Assembly (NCBI GenBank): GCA_964016885.1 | Contig: OZ024743.1 | Location: 61,380,001 to 61,444,000 of the forward strand | Length of the DNA: 64,000 nucleotides | Source of the DNA: Eledone cirrhosa | Taxonomy: Eukaryota | Direction: 5' to 3' | Part shown: one piece after another, positions 38,425 through 52,685 of the stretch | Numbering within the stretch: the stretch's first letter is position 1 | Layout: every line of letters starts with the position of its first letter | Translations under genes and position numbers: made by a program | The notes under the pieces: generated by a model | What the model was told of the DNA's origin: nothing | Database searches by the model: none | The model's input: only the letters and a program-made list of their open reading frames with translations

Positions 38425-41400
38425 CATTATATATACACGGACCTTTGTGCGTGTACGTGCGTCTGTGGGGCTCTGCTTATATGCCACAGCGTAATGTTTC
38501 CTGGTGTCGATATGATCGACTAAAATCCCCAGCACTGCCAGATTTGATGAGTGAAAACATGTAATTTAGTAAATAAATAAAAAACATTATTTTTCAAACT
38601 TAATTGAAGAGATTATATTTAAAACAGTGATATATTGAACCTCCGTCGGTTGTGATGACGAGTAGTTCGGACAATGCTCATGAAATTAGCTGAGCATTCC
38701 ATACGCATTTCTCAAAGGATTTCAGCTTGACACAGTGTGTGTCAAGTAATAAAGTATATGGAACGCTGTCCGTTTCGACCATGAGTGTTCCAGTTAGTAA
38801 CTCGAACAACTGAGCAAACTACTTGTGAAGATAACGTCCAAATGACTGAGCATTCCACAGATACATGTACCATTAACGTAATTATCCGTGAGATTCAGCG
38901 CAACTGTGTTGAATTACATACGAAACTCATTTTTACCAGCTAAATAGACAGGGGCAGCATGAACTAAAGTGTCATGCTCAAAAACACAACGCAAATGCCA
39001 GACCAGGAAACGAACTTACGACTTTTCGATCATGAGCCAAGCACTCTAACCATTAAGTCACGTACCTTCACAAGTTGTGATAAATAAGCAAATTTGAAGA
39101 AGAAGCTTCATCAGTGATATGTCACAATAATTCTTAAAATATATATTTCATTTTATCTTTTCTAGAAATGTCTATGATTTCTACCTCCTACATATATGTA
39201 TGAATGTAAATGTATATACGTGTGTGTATACAGGTAGTATATGTGTTTGTGCATGTTTTGTGTATATTTGTGTATGTGCGTGGGTGTGCCTCGAATATAT
39301 TTTAGACTTAATACATACATTCACACAACACTCACACAACAGAAACTGGCATACGCACATACACACATGCATAAATATATGTTTGAAGGAGAAGGTTTAA
39401 ATCAAACAGCAGTGACCTTAACATTTTGTCGCCAAAATTTCCTGTCTAGAGATAGTCATTGTCACGTTCAGTAAGGTCTAGTAAACTTGTCTTCGTCAGC
39501 TGAGCAACAATGTAATAAGGATTTTAAGATTGAATGCAGCATTAAATAAGGGGATGAGTAGGTTTACGAAGTCATTAAACATTAGACGCGACCAGTTTCC
39601 CGTCACAATTGGAAGCCTGTCGGCCTCGATCGCGGTGACAGTAGGCGCCCAGATAGGGTTTTTTTTCCCGTTCGAGTGGAGTATGTCATTAATGTGCGGT
39701 GCCATATGTTTCAACGTGTTCTCCAGCGACAGGCTCGTCGCTTTAGTCACTGCTAGCCTTTATGCAGAGAGGCGGAGGGGAGGCAACTAATTGGCCGTTT
39801 CCTTTCTCTGTCGGTTACCATCGATATCTCGCTCGTCCTCGGTACACGAGCTGTTGTATTACACCGCAATATCGAGGGGCGATCTCACCTGAAGAAGGAG
39901 CCCTGTGAGGTGGAATGGTTGTTTCAGGGTGCATCTGTGACTGTTTTCCACGGCAATGTATTCCCTTCTCCTCTGCCCAATTCTTTCTTATTTGATTTCT
40001 TCTCTCTTTCTACCTCACCCTTTTTCTCTAGCTATGATTGTTAGACTACAGGTATGAACGTTTCGAGAACTTTTATTTAGTTTGTTACCCAACAAGACAA
40101 ACACACATACTCAAACATATATATGCAAGCTATTGCATACACGTACAAACTGTTACACACTATGCATATACACATGCATAACTGCACTCTATTCATCTAC
40201 ACCTCGGCTGCCATACTTATATACACACGTAATAGTGATAGTGATAATGACGGTGGTGAGGGGTGGATCCTTCGTTGGTTTCGGTAATACGCCTTTAGCT
40301 GTTCGATAAACTGAAATAACTACACGTTAAAATTACGTCTAAATGGATGAGTATTTCGTAGACGGACGAGCCCTTTTTTCCATTTAATTTTCAGGTCAAA
40401 CCCCCGTAACGTAATGTGTGATCAATTTCCAAATGGTTTCTTCTTATCTAATTTTATTCACAAGTCTGGTATTGATTCACAGTTCCAGTAAAATGCAATT
40501 GTCCAAGATTCCAAACAGTGGGGTTGAAACTGGAAGTTCATGACTTGGAAGAAAAGTTGTTGACTTCGATGGGATTTGAACTCAAGGCGCGCAATAAGCC
40601 GAACAAATATTGAAGCACTGATAATCAGACATCATAACGACTTTGCTACTTCACTGTGTCTTGGAGAGAGAAAAAACGCATATACCAAGAATGTTGCTTA
40701 AAAATATTTAAACAAATAGTAATAACAATGTGGAAGAGTCCTTGCAGCCATTAAAATAAATCCCCCAAAACTAACAGTTAACTTTACTTCATATTTATTA
40801 GTTATTTCTTGGGGCAACAATTTTCGTCGCATTGTCAGTGACCTTAGTACTGACACAGTTCCAGGTAGCATGACGAAAACGTTAACATCAATGACAATGA
40901 ATATATGATAAATATGTCGTAAAGTTTTGTGCTTTTTTAATGGCTGAAAAAACTCTCCCACGATGTAATTGCTTTAATTTCAACACACGGTCTCAGATCA
41001 AGTCACCTGCTTGCCAATCAAGTACAACTCCTAAATTAAAAGTTATTCATGGAAATAAATAGAGGAGGTTGATGATAGAAGTGAGGTGAGGACCAGAGAA
41101 ATATAATATACCTGTGTCTATGCGTAAGTGTTCTGTGAGTGTGTGTACATGCGGCGTGTATGTGTGTGTGCGTGTGTATGTGTGTGTGTGGTGTAAGATA
41201 AATTGGGAGATTAGAGAAAAAGAAAAGAGAAAGCGAGTCAACGCTTAAACAAGGCCAAGGAGAAGTGAGTGATAATGAGAGGGGGCGTTAAACAATAAGT
41301 ACCTAGAAACTAGGACGTCCGGCTAAAGAAAGGCACTATAGTAAGAATGGACGGACGTCGTAGACCACACGTATATGGAAACATGCTCTGACAGCAACAC

Positions 41401-41786
41401 TCATATACAATTGTACAGACACGTACAGAAACAAAAGTGTGTGGGAGTATATACACTCATATACAGTGTGAGTGGAAATATATGCATTCATTCATAGACA
41501 ATCACCCATATGTTCAGCAAAATAGATTTACGACAATGAGGCGACAAATTGGCCGTTAGAACATCGGTTAGATCCTCTAACATTCGTGATATCTCATAAA
41601 ACTAACAACATATATGAATTAAATAACACTAAACAACAACCATTTACATAAGAGCATAACGACAAAACACAAAATTGCAGACCCTACTACGATGTGGCCA
41701 AAATCTTAGTCAGTTTCCTAAATGTAGATGCAAAAACTAGAATGCTTAGCAATATACATATGTATATATTATAACGAGTCGACAAC

Positions 41787-42096
41787 AAAGGTAGAACACT
41801 GGAGGGCTATATCGGTAGTAGTAGAGCACTCAGTCCATGGGACGAGTTTGGTAGACGTAATATCACAACAGTTAGTTCACCATACTGAGAACAAATGTTT
41901 TATCTTGTGGATTTTCAGCTCGGACTATATAAGTCTGGAAGTATACAGACTTATATAGTCCGAGCTGAAGATCCGCAAGGTGGAACATTTGTTCTCAGTA
42001 TGGTGAACTAACTGTTGTGATATTACGTCTACCAAACTCGTCCCATGGACTGAGTGCTCTACTACTACCGATATAGCCCTCCAGTGTTCTACCTTT
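41787..42096. mobile_element. 310-bp palindromic element with an HHR-like motif in each arm
   Basis: Arms 41787-41937 and 41946-42096 (151 bp, 5 mismatches, 8-nt loop), TA-rich flanks. Right arm reads CCGAG-CTGAAGA-t-CC gcaa GG-t-GGAAC-attt-GTT-CTCAG. Confidence 0.9.
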
Positions 42097-42114
42097 ATAT
42101 GTATATATATATAT

Positions 42115-42480
42115 ACTTGCAGAGGTACCCGGCGTTGCTCGGGTATTAAATAGCAGTTGTGTATACCATTTATGTCAATACCCCAGTGCTACTTCGATGT
42201 GCTAATTCTGAGAGTTCACATTCATCTGTAGGACAAACGTAGCCCATGTGTCAAGTTTTGTGAAAATCGGTTGCGAACTCCAGAAGTTATGACGTTTTGT
42301 TGCATTGCACTGCAGTGCTTCAGTCGACTCTAAGGAAGTGGCTAAAGAGGGTTATCTGCCGGGAGGCCCTATAATCAATATCTATAAAAATGAAAGTGCC
42401 CATGACCATCCGGAGTACATAAGTAACCTATGTCTTAATTTTGGTGAAAATACTGTAGAAATGCATAAGGTTTATACACG
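42115..42480 (+). mobile_element. Helentron/HINE-like non-autonomous element
   Basis: 5' ACTTGC..ACCCGGCGTTGCTCGGGT hairpin and internal AAGTTTTGTGAAAATCGGTT motif, similar to 59157-60050. Confidence 0.5.
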
Positions 42481-42499
42481 CGCGCGCTCGTGTGTGTGT

Positions 42500-42554
<55 letters not shown>

Positions 42555-42639
42555 TGTGTGTGTGTGTGGAGGGGGGGTATGTATTTGTGTGTGCGTATGT
42601 ATGTGTATGTCCGTCGGGGCATACGTTTGTACTGGCCTA

Positions 42640-42960
42640 AATCTTCACTATTTACTTTTACTATTTTAATAACCTCTGTCATTTTCGTTTTCAATTTCAT
42701 TTACATCATTCTTAAACTCCGGAGCTGGAAATCATTCTGTTATGTTAAATAGAATATTAGTTTAACGACTCCATTTATACCATAAACTTGGTCTTGTCTT
42801 TGCATGAAATTGTTCTTCTCACTCCACATAACGACGTATTATCCTCGCTGTTTTTTTCGTTCATTGCCAGGGAACGTTTTCACGAACCAAAATATCGTCT
42901 TCCTGTTTTCGTTCGGTTGGAACGTTTCTCGAAATATTTACTTCTGCGTTCACAGGTTAC
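42640..42960 (+). mobile_element. Family N 3' UTR fragment
   Basis: Reverse complement of ~46695-46980; ORF 42788-42976 resembles ORF 46668-46865. Confidence 0.8.
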
Positions 42961-43182
42961 TCTCAATTCAATTTGAATGGGAAATTCCTGTTTCATCGAT
43001 TTTCTCTGTAACCATGGGAGCTTGTACCCTAAAAGTCAAGCCAACGCCTCCTCGGGTCATTCTGCATAACTGTATAAATTTTCGCTGCATTCCACCAATC
43101 CGTTTCGACGTTTATCCGACTACACTTACTTACTTAAATATACACTTAAATATACAACGTCCGACCACTTCCAATTTATATA

Positions 43183-43222
<40 letters not shown>

Positions 43223-43568
43223 AGGGAAACAAAGTTATATACAAAACAGTGGTTATAGAGAAAAAGGTGAGATTGTAACAAGGAAGATGAAAAAAACTTA
43301 CCTCAAAACTTAATTTTAAATCTTTAATTTTTAGTTTTTAATTCTAATTAATTCTCTTTAATTGTAAAACTCAACATTTGATAAGATTAATTTTACTAAT
43401 GCATCGAAACCTATTATACTTTATATACTTTATATACATTATAAAACTGTTTTTTAAAAGAATTGTCCCTCTCATTTTTTCTATAATGTCACTTTGACGA
43501 ATCAAAGAAAGGAAAAAAGAAAAAAAAGACCCTTAAATATATTTACCGTGCTATTTCCAATCTCACCT

Positions 43569-43613
<45 letters not shown>

Positions 43614-44899
43614 TGATTTCTAATTTTGGTGCAAGTATAGCACATTTTTGAGTAAGAGGAACATTTATTAAATCAACTTGACTTATATTTTATTTTATCG
43701 ATCCTGGAAGAATGAAAAGCAAATTTAACCTCAGTGAGATTTGGAACCAGAACAAATAGCACAAGGGCGTTTTATCCCATGCTCTACCAATGCCGCCAAT
43801 CCACCATTCTGTGTATTTGTTCATATTAGAAGTCAAACTTCTGACATGTGTGAATGCATATATCTTTTTATACATGTGCGTGTATGTACACTCGTGTGTG
43901 TACGTACGTCCGTGCGTGCGTGTGTGTGTGCCTGTGTGCGTCAGTGTGTGTATTTATGTGCGCGTGTGTGTGTGTATGTGTGTGTATCTGTGTATTTGTA
44001 TGTGTATGTGTGTGTAATAACGTGCTTTCAGTATCTCCACTCAAAAGGTGACTCTAGAAGTCTGTTGAAGCTGTCAGTTGAATAGTGTCAACATCGTCAC
44101 AGTTTCGCAAACAGCGGGAAGTTATTTAAATAAACAGCTTCAACATCTGCCATACCATGAGTCCTGAACAACTGAAGGTGTTGTAGTGGCTTTGTTAGGA
44201 TACACAGTGCGTATTGAGCATTTTAACCTAGCGGAATTATTCCCTCTCCAGGTTTGAACACAGCGGAGTTCTAGAGAAAGAGGAAAGAAAGTGGAACGGG
44301 ATAAAGAGGTGTGGGTCTCTCAGAATTACCTGACTCGTATATATTTTGTCGACCTCGAAAGAACGAAATGTAAAGTTGACCTCGGCGTGATTTGAAACCA
44401 CGAAGCATTCTATCTAACGTCCTAACGACTCAGCCAATTCGCCATCCTTTCAACACCTGCAAGATGTTACCGTACCATTGTCTGTATGAAGGAGAATATT
44501 CCAGTCTAGTGATAAACACTTCTGTCACCGAACGGTTTTATAATTCCCATAGTGCAGTTAATTATGTACTGCTAATATCTAAATAAAACTTCCTCAGTTA
44601 GTGACCCGATATTAACATGGTGTTACATAAAGTCTTGTAAACGCTGTTGTAGCAGCTGTCTTTCCTTCCGCTACTGCAATCAATAGACTCTTCTCCTTGT
44701 GACTGGTTGATTTTCAGCCATCCCCACTCAGACACTGCCACCTCACCTGTCTCTTCTCCTTTCCTCATCCATATTACTGTATATTCAACTACACTATGTA
44801 ACGGATATTTTACATTTTTTTGTCTTTGATCAATAAGTGTTATTTCCGGCTTTCTTCTGCCGAGACCGCACCGGAAACAACTATTATTCTCCTCTAACT

Positions 44900-45460
44900 T
44901 TGTTTTTGTGACTTAAACAGCCACTGGTTGATCCCCAGAAAGTATTGTTCCCATCATTTCACTTAAATTTGGGCCCTATGAAACAGTTTGCCACAGCCCT
45001 AGATAAGGAGTCGGCAGCCTTCAAGTACCTAAGCTGTCTGAGGCAAAAGTGAAAGCCAGTGTCTTCGACGGATCACAAGTAAGGAAGATCATGTAGTACA
45101 GGAAATTCTCCAAGAAGCTCACAATGACAGAAGAGGCAGCATGGAACAGCTTTGTTGGAGTGGTCCTGGAGAATCACAAGGCCAAAAATTATGTGGATCT
45201 TGTAAGATCATTGTGAAGAACTTCGGCAAAATGGGTTTCAGGGGGTCCCTCAAAGTACATATCCTTGACGCTCATCTTGATACATTCAAGAGAAATATGG
45301 AACCATACTTTGAAGAGCATGGCGAGCGCGTCCACCATGGTATATTTGACTTTTAATGTCGCAACCAAGGATCATATAATGAATGGAGACTATATATGGA
45401 GGCTGATTCGTGAAAGCAATTTGCAGCTTAAGCGTGAATCCCGAAAATCCACTCACTTGC
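44900..45460 (+). pseudogene. Decayed Chapaev3-like (CMC) transposase fragment
   Basis: HLNLGPMKQF, KLSEAKVKASVFDGSQVR, SLKVHILDAHLD and EEHGERVHHGI match the LHIKLG..K.F / SLKxHFLxSHLD / DEQGERFHQDI motifs. Confidence 0.75.
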
Positions 45461-46313
45461 CACTCTCAGAAATTAGTGGGCGATGAAGAAGAAAAGAGGA
45501 TGCTTTGATTAGTAGTCTTAATGTTAAAAATTTGTTCATTTAGAATTATTGTAATTTGTTACCAATAATTCAATTCCTCTGTAGGTAATTGAGATAAATC
45601 TTGCTGTTAACGCCCTTCTTATTTCACGACATGCATGAAAATTCAATATTTCTGACATGACTTTCAAGGTCATGGCATGTGAGAGGAGAGATAATGACAA
45701 CTTAACCCTTTCGTGACTATATTTCTAATGACATATACTCTAATTCAATTAGTTAATGCGCAGTTTTGAGGGATTTACTAAAATTATTAATTATTTCCTT
45801 AAGATAGTAACTTAACATATGATTCGCACATGAAACTATGTCGGAAGAATTTAATTTAAATAGAAACCCTTTAAAATGGATAGTTTTGTTTCATAGAATC
45901 AGAGTCGGATTTGATGTTGTTAGTATCTTAAGGATAAGGAACAATTAATCTAATCACGAGAACCTATTTTCTTGACCTCCGAACCTTGAACCCACAGCGA
46001 CTGATCTATATAGTTATTGATCTGCGAGAAATAACCAACAGATATTTCTGAAATCGTACCCGTATAGTCAGAATAAAAAGGAATAATATATTAGATAATG
46101 TAATTCTATTGACCATACATTACGGTATGGTCAAGACTGGAAATTCAGCCAAAGTGACCTGGGACTCAACAAAAAAAAAATTCATTGAAGCACGGAAGGA
46201 TGAAAGGTAAATTCAGAAGAGGAATTAGTGTGACATTTTGACTTGTGGTCAATATCGGATTTACAGATAAAAACTTTTGTTCAGGATTTTTCACCACTAG
46301 TACACTCACTTTC

Positions 46314-46399
<86 letters not shown>

Positions 46400-46480
46400 A
46401 CTATCTATCTCTATCTCTCTCTTTCTCTCTCATTCTCTCTCTCTCCCTTGCTGTACACACACATATATACATATATGTAA

Positions 46481-46530
<50 letters not shown>

Positions 46531-46614
46531 GTAATAATAAATTTGAAGTCTAAAATCCAAAGAGGGCTCGATAAGGAAAACTATATATCAAATATATAAG
46601 AACCATAGAGCAAA

Positions 46615-47750
46615 TATTTATTAAAATAAAAGATTAAAGTTTCAGCAAAGAATAGCTGCTTTCACCCTTAACGGGACCTTCTGAAACTAAAAAAATCAAT
46701 CTGTGAACGCAGAAGTAAATATTTCGAAAAACGTTGCAGCCGAAGGAAAACAGGAAGACGATACTTTGATTCCTGAAGACGTTCCCTGGCAATGAACGGA
46801 AAAAAGCGAAGATAATACGTCATTATGTGGTGCGTGAGAACAATTACACGCAAAGACAAAACCACGTTTATGGTATAAATGAAGTCGTAGACTAATATTC
46901 TATTTAGGAAACCGAATGATTCTCGGCTTCAAAGTTAAGAATAATGTAAATAAATTAGTAGAACGAAAATAACAGAGGGTATTGAAATCAACAATAATTA
47001 AATATATACATACACGCATCCACGCATGTGTGTATATATATAATTATATAAACATATATAAATATACACACATAAATGTGTAAATAACGCACACACACAC
47101 ATACCTACAGGTAAATACACATATGTTCACTAAACGTACGTCAACCAAAACACAAAGTACACATATACACACATTACATACGTGCAAACACGCATACACA
47201 CACAAACACAACATACACATATACACATAACCATATACACATGTACCAGTATATATAATATAATATATACACCTATAACAAATACAAGCAAATATACGTA
47301 CGAGAATGCATACGTACCTCCGCAAAAGATACGGGTAAGGTATACTTACCTATACAAATAAGTAATGGTATAAACATAAAATATACTTAGATACCACATC
47401 AAGACGTAAATTATCCGCGTATTGTTCGTACTATCCGTTAGAGTATAATGTGGGGCTGTAATACAGGAAAGTTTTATGCAATTTATATTTATAAGCCGAA
47501 ATTGCCTCAGATTTTTTTGTTTAAGATGTGGTCATTGGTCTAGAGTATTTCCAGGGCTTCAGCGGCGCAAAGATCGCATGGTCTTTTATTTCCGTTATAC
47601 GATCTAGCCTTAGGTAGGATCTCCCAATGTAACCTATATTGGGTGTGGTTGTCTTTTAGACGCCAGATATAAGCTGAAAGTGACGTCATATTCCTTCTTA
47701 AGGGGTTAAGAAAAGAATGGGTGTGCATGTAAAGACGCTGATGGCTGGGC
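46615..47750 (-). mobile_element. PLE 3' fragment, family N copy 2
   Basis: QRLYMHTHSF..TSLSAYIWRLK..RPCDLCAAEALEIL; collinear with 22435-23705 but without the tandem duplication. Confidence 0.8.
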
Positions 47751-48435
47751 CCTCGTTATCGAGTATGGCCATTGCACGATATACCATTCTTAATCATTTT
47801 TAATTAATTCTATCGTGCAATGCCTGTGCGTGAAGATATTTTTTAAAGTGACGAAAGACTGTGCACTGAGCCAATCCCACTCTCTGAGCGACAGGAGCTA
47901 TAACCCGAAAAGAAGAAAAGATCAACATCATCGGTTATTACTGAGCCGCAGGTTTTTATATCGGAGTTATCCCAGTTTCCTGAGTTGCCTTCTCCTAGAA
48001 GAATGCCCTGACAAAGGCTAGGCGTCCTTCACTCCCAGTGGTTTAACCACGCGATCGGGTGTCCAGCCCGACTATTTCTATGTCCCCGCGTATATACATA
48101 CACATGCACCCATGTATATACACATATAAATATACATACATATGTACATGTGTATATACATATTTACACACTTTTGGATGGCCGTTGACTCTGATTAGTT
48201 CTTCCGCCCTTTGTCAGGTTTTGTTTTTTGTCCCGCAGCGTGTCCAAAATCCCCTCCTCACCAAGTCTACTTGGTGGGGTTGCCGGTTTAGTCGGCGACG
48301 ACCCGACGATGCGACAGGTTGTACTGGATTACATATTACCAGTAGCACTCAAGAGTGACCCGACATACATACATACATACATATATACATATATACATAC
48401 ATATATACATACATACATATATATATATACATACA

Positions 48436-48506
<71 letters not shown>

Positions 48507-48510
<4 letters not shown>

Positions 48511-49057
48511 TACATGAATCAAAGTTCTGTTTAAATCATTTATTTGCTTACAATTGTTTCTTCCAAACCGAGGTTTGGTGTCTTTGGAGCAATTATTCAG
48601 TGATCTTTTACATACTTGACCTCCTTTTCAACACAAGAGACATATAGAAACATATGTATATATTGACCCACAGTGGGTTGACATCTAGCATGGCAATTTA
48701 CATACAAAGATTACAGTCATATTAAAGGACAACATTGAAATTAAAATTAAAATTAAAATTAAATTAAAATTAAAATTTTAATTTTAATTTAATTTTAATT
48801 TTAATTTTAACTTTAATTTTGTCCCTTAATATGACTGTAATCTTTGTATGTAAATTGCCATGCTATATTATTATAATGAATGTCAACCCACTGTGGGTCA
48901 ATATATACATATGTTTCTATATGTCTCTTGTGTTGAAAAGGAGGTCAAGTATGTAAAAAATCACTGAATAATTGCTCCGAAGACTTCAAACCTCGGTTTG
49001 GAAGAAACAATTGTAAGCAAATAAATGATTTAAACAGAACTTTGATTCATGTAATTT
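48507..49057. mobile_element. 551-bp palindromic element with a hammerhead motif in each arm
   Basis: The arms meet in (TTAAAA)n/(TTTTAA)n near 48776. HHR motifs at 48544-48592 (-) and 48972-49020 (+). (TA)n lies directly to the left and at ~49222 on the right. Confidence 0.9.
48972..49020 (+). ncRNA. Type-I hammerhead motif with one core substitution (CCGAAGA)
   Basis: TTGCT-CCGAAGA-c-TTCAAAC ctcg GTTTGGA-a-GAAAC-aatt-GTA-AGCAA: 5-bp stem I, 7-bp stem II, palindromic ACAATTGT and a GUA triplet. Confidence 0.7.
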
Positions 49058-49259
49058 CTATATAACTGCTCTGTAAAACAACTGATGTTGTTACATTGAG
49101 CTATTTATCTTACTGGTAATAAAATAGTAATAAATTATTGTCTTTCACTATTTAGGGTTTAAAATATATATAACTATAAAAGGTTTTAGTGTATACATAA
49201 CCATAAATAGTATCCTTAATACTATATATATATACATACATACATACATATATACATAC

Positions 49260-49441
<182 letters not shown>

Positions 49442-49617
49442 ATATATCCAAAATTAAGATAAATCAAAATGAATTTAATCTAAATCAAATTATGGGTGTC
49501 ATTTAACTTTAACTTTATTTAGTTACCTACCTAGCTATGTGTGCTTACACACTTGTACAAATGATCCCCTGTGATTGTTTCATATGTTTATTTATATGTT
49601 AATCAATTTCTAGTTGT

Positions 49618-49659
<42 letters not shown>

Positions 49660-50001
49660 TTCATACATATACACATACATACATATATATATTACACACA
49701 CACATATACATACATACATATACATACATATATACAAACACATACATATATATATATATACATACATACGTATATATACATACATATATATATACATACA
49801 TATATGTATACATACATATAAATATATGTGTGTATGTGTGCGCGCGCGTGTGTGTGTCTGCACGCAAATAAAACACACACGTTATATGGCTTATATGTGT
49901 ATATAAATAGTTATATTCACAAACCCACAAACACACATACACGTGCATATATGTGTAGTTGTATGTTTACGATTGTATTGTGCGTATGTAGAAGGAAGGA
50001 A

Positions 50002-50050
<49 letters not shown>

Positions 50051-50525
50051 AATATAAATTAGCAAGAATCGTATTTCGGCTATTGGAAATTAGCGAAAAA
50101 CAACTTCCGAGATGTGTGGCAAGCGCTCAATAGAATCTAACGAACCAGAGCTACAACATATGTTAAAAGGCCAAACACACTGAGACGATGGTTAAACCAT
50201 TATCCGCACAGGCATAGAAACGACCAAGTAATTCGGGTCAAACAAATAAAATATGATTGAAAAATTTACCTGGTTGGTGAAAATCCAGCATTTGGGTTTC
50301 TGCGACTCCTAGATCAAGTACTGTCCGCTTAGACAAATAATGTTAAGCTTTTGGTAAGATGATTGAACAAGGACGTCACTTTCTCAACAGGCTTTTAGTT
50401 CAAGTGCCAGGCCAAGGATTGACCGTTACCAAAACCCATATTAAATGTATATATTGAGTTAGGAACTCAAAATAGTCTCTTACAACAAAATAGCTCTAAG
50501 AAAGAGATATTTCTGAGCCGTATAT

Positions 50526-50713
50526 TATAATAGAATATAAAAGAAAAACGAACACAGATATATAGATATATGTGTTCAAATCGTAAGGGACCTGATTCGC
50601 TAAGGTGAAAAGAATACTAACTATAGACAATTGGGTTCGCTTGTCTCAATTTAAGAAAAAATTAAAAAATATCTATATATCTGTGATCGTTTTTCTTTTA
50701 TATTCTATTATAT
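50526..50713. repeat. Inverted repeat with ~43-bp arms and a ~100-bp spacer
   Basis: TATAATAGAATATAAAAGAAAAACGAACACAGATATATAGATA vs its near-perfect reverse complement at 50670-50713. Confidence 0.8.
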
Positions 50714-50770
50714 ATATATATATATATATAGATAGATAGATCGATAGATAGATAGATAGATAGATAGATA

Positions 50771-51659
50771 TGTTTCTTTTATTTGCCACTAGGGCATCAA
50801 AAGTGGGACAAGTACAAAGGGGGGAGTTTACACAAAAAGGCGTCCTCAATAAGGAGGAGGCAATAACAAAATATAAAAATAAAATAAGATATAACAAAAA
50901 ATAAAATTTTTAACAAAATCCTCAATAGAGAGGAGGCGCCTTGGGGGGTCGCACACACCCCCGAAAAAAGTGTGCAACCCTTCTCCTCAGGAGCACAGAG
51001 AAGGGGTGCTCCCTTGGTCTTTCATCTTCCTCACCTATAGTCTGATGTAGAGTGAAGGCCCATTCACACGGGCCATTCTCGCCACTTTCACCCATCTTTC
51101 ATAGAAACGGCTGGGGTGCAGCACCTCTCTCTCCATCCTGATCCTTCTTCCGAAATGATATCGGAAGAAACGGACCAGTTGTTGGCCAGAGAGAAAGGTG
51201 CCTGACCTCAGTCCTTTCAGACGCGTCCACCATACAACCTCTTTCGCCATGGCTATTACGCACAGAAACACCGCCTCTGCTTCATCTTTGAAGGGGGGAG
51301 GCGGCTTGATCATTACAATAGACTCGGTGGTCAACCGGATCGGTCCCACCCTTGACAGCAGTTGTTCGACATAGCCCCACAGATCGGCTACGCCCGAGCA
51401 GTGTACCAATGCGTGTGCAACGGTTTCCTCGTCGCACACGCATCTGGGACAGATCTTTTTGGCGGGGTCCCTACCCGGGCGCCCGTGTCTGTAGAGCCTT
51501 TCTCGAACGGGTAAAGCCCCTCGGTAGCACTGCCAGGCCAGGGACTTCTGGAAGTTGTCCATAGGTCCCGGGCTGAATGTCCTACCGAACAGGCTGGCCA
51601 GTTCGTCCTCCTCCATGTCTAGGGCTTCTCCGAGGGCGTCGTCGCACCTGCTGCGTACC
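50771..51659 (-). mobile_element. L1/Tx1-clade LINE, 5'-truncated, inserted in (GATA)n
   Basis: Open frame 51659-51035 with a zf-RVT-like region (WQCYRGALPVRERL..CPRC..ETVAHALVHC..W). The 3' UTR ends AAATAAAAGAAACA, and (GATA)n lies on both sides. Confidence 0.85.
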
Positions 51660-51690
<31 letters not shown>

Positions 51691-52603
51691 GAGTAATAGG
51701 GAGAGAGAGAGAAAGGGAGAGAGAGAGAAAGGGAGAGAGAGAGAGAGAGGTCAAAATACGTAAATGCAAGAGAGAGATGATACAGAATTGTATTAAAAGG
51801 TGTGATGCTTAGTGATGTGTATGACAATGTTATCTGTTAGACTTGTTTTAAATACCTGCCTAGTCAATTGTATAACAGTAAGTGTCAGGTGTTATAAATA
51901 TATAGAGAACCACCTGTGAGACTTTTCTGTTATTTAAGGGATGTAACACATATGTCGGAGAGAAAAAACACTGAAGCTGAATATAGAAGCGGAAAAGAAC
52001 ACTTCCGATGTTATGCACTGAAAGTATAGAATAAACTTCTAACTTAATCCCTTTGCTACTAAACTGCTTAAAACTTGCAATCACTATCACCCCGCACCTT
52101 GCAAATCAGTGAATCTAATTGTTTACAAACTTTTGTGTCCTTTTATCATTCAAGTTAAATAAAAACTTCCTAAGTAATAACAAAGGAAAGGGCAAGAATC
52201 GGTTTTCACATCGGACTAAGGAAATTATGTTTTCAGTGGTCTTTCCATTGGTATCGTGCTCAACTCTTGGCAGAAAATAGCAGCAATTTGTTTTCGTAAA
52301 AGTATATTTTCGATCAACAACCCCTAATACATAGTAGCTCAACAATTTCTCAAAAAATACAATCTAACAATTATTAGATCATTTCCAGGTTCATGGTTAA
52401 CCAGCTTGCTACCGAATCGCTTAATAATGCGTTTGTTTCTACCTCAGTGAACTGGAATTTTTGAAATGATAATATTTATCAGTGAACTTGCATGGCGCAG
52501 TGGATAGGGTGCCGGACAAGCGAATACTTATTCACGTTACTCCAGTTCACTCAGCTGCGGAAGAAGTTAAGTTGAGACGACACTGACGCCAAGTTATATC
52601 AGC

Positions 52604-52685
<82 letters not shown>

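Noticed and set aside
39480-39960. GC-richer segment containing CTGAAGA at ~39889
   Set aside because: No stem II or GAAA follows, and no recognisable protein motif.
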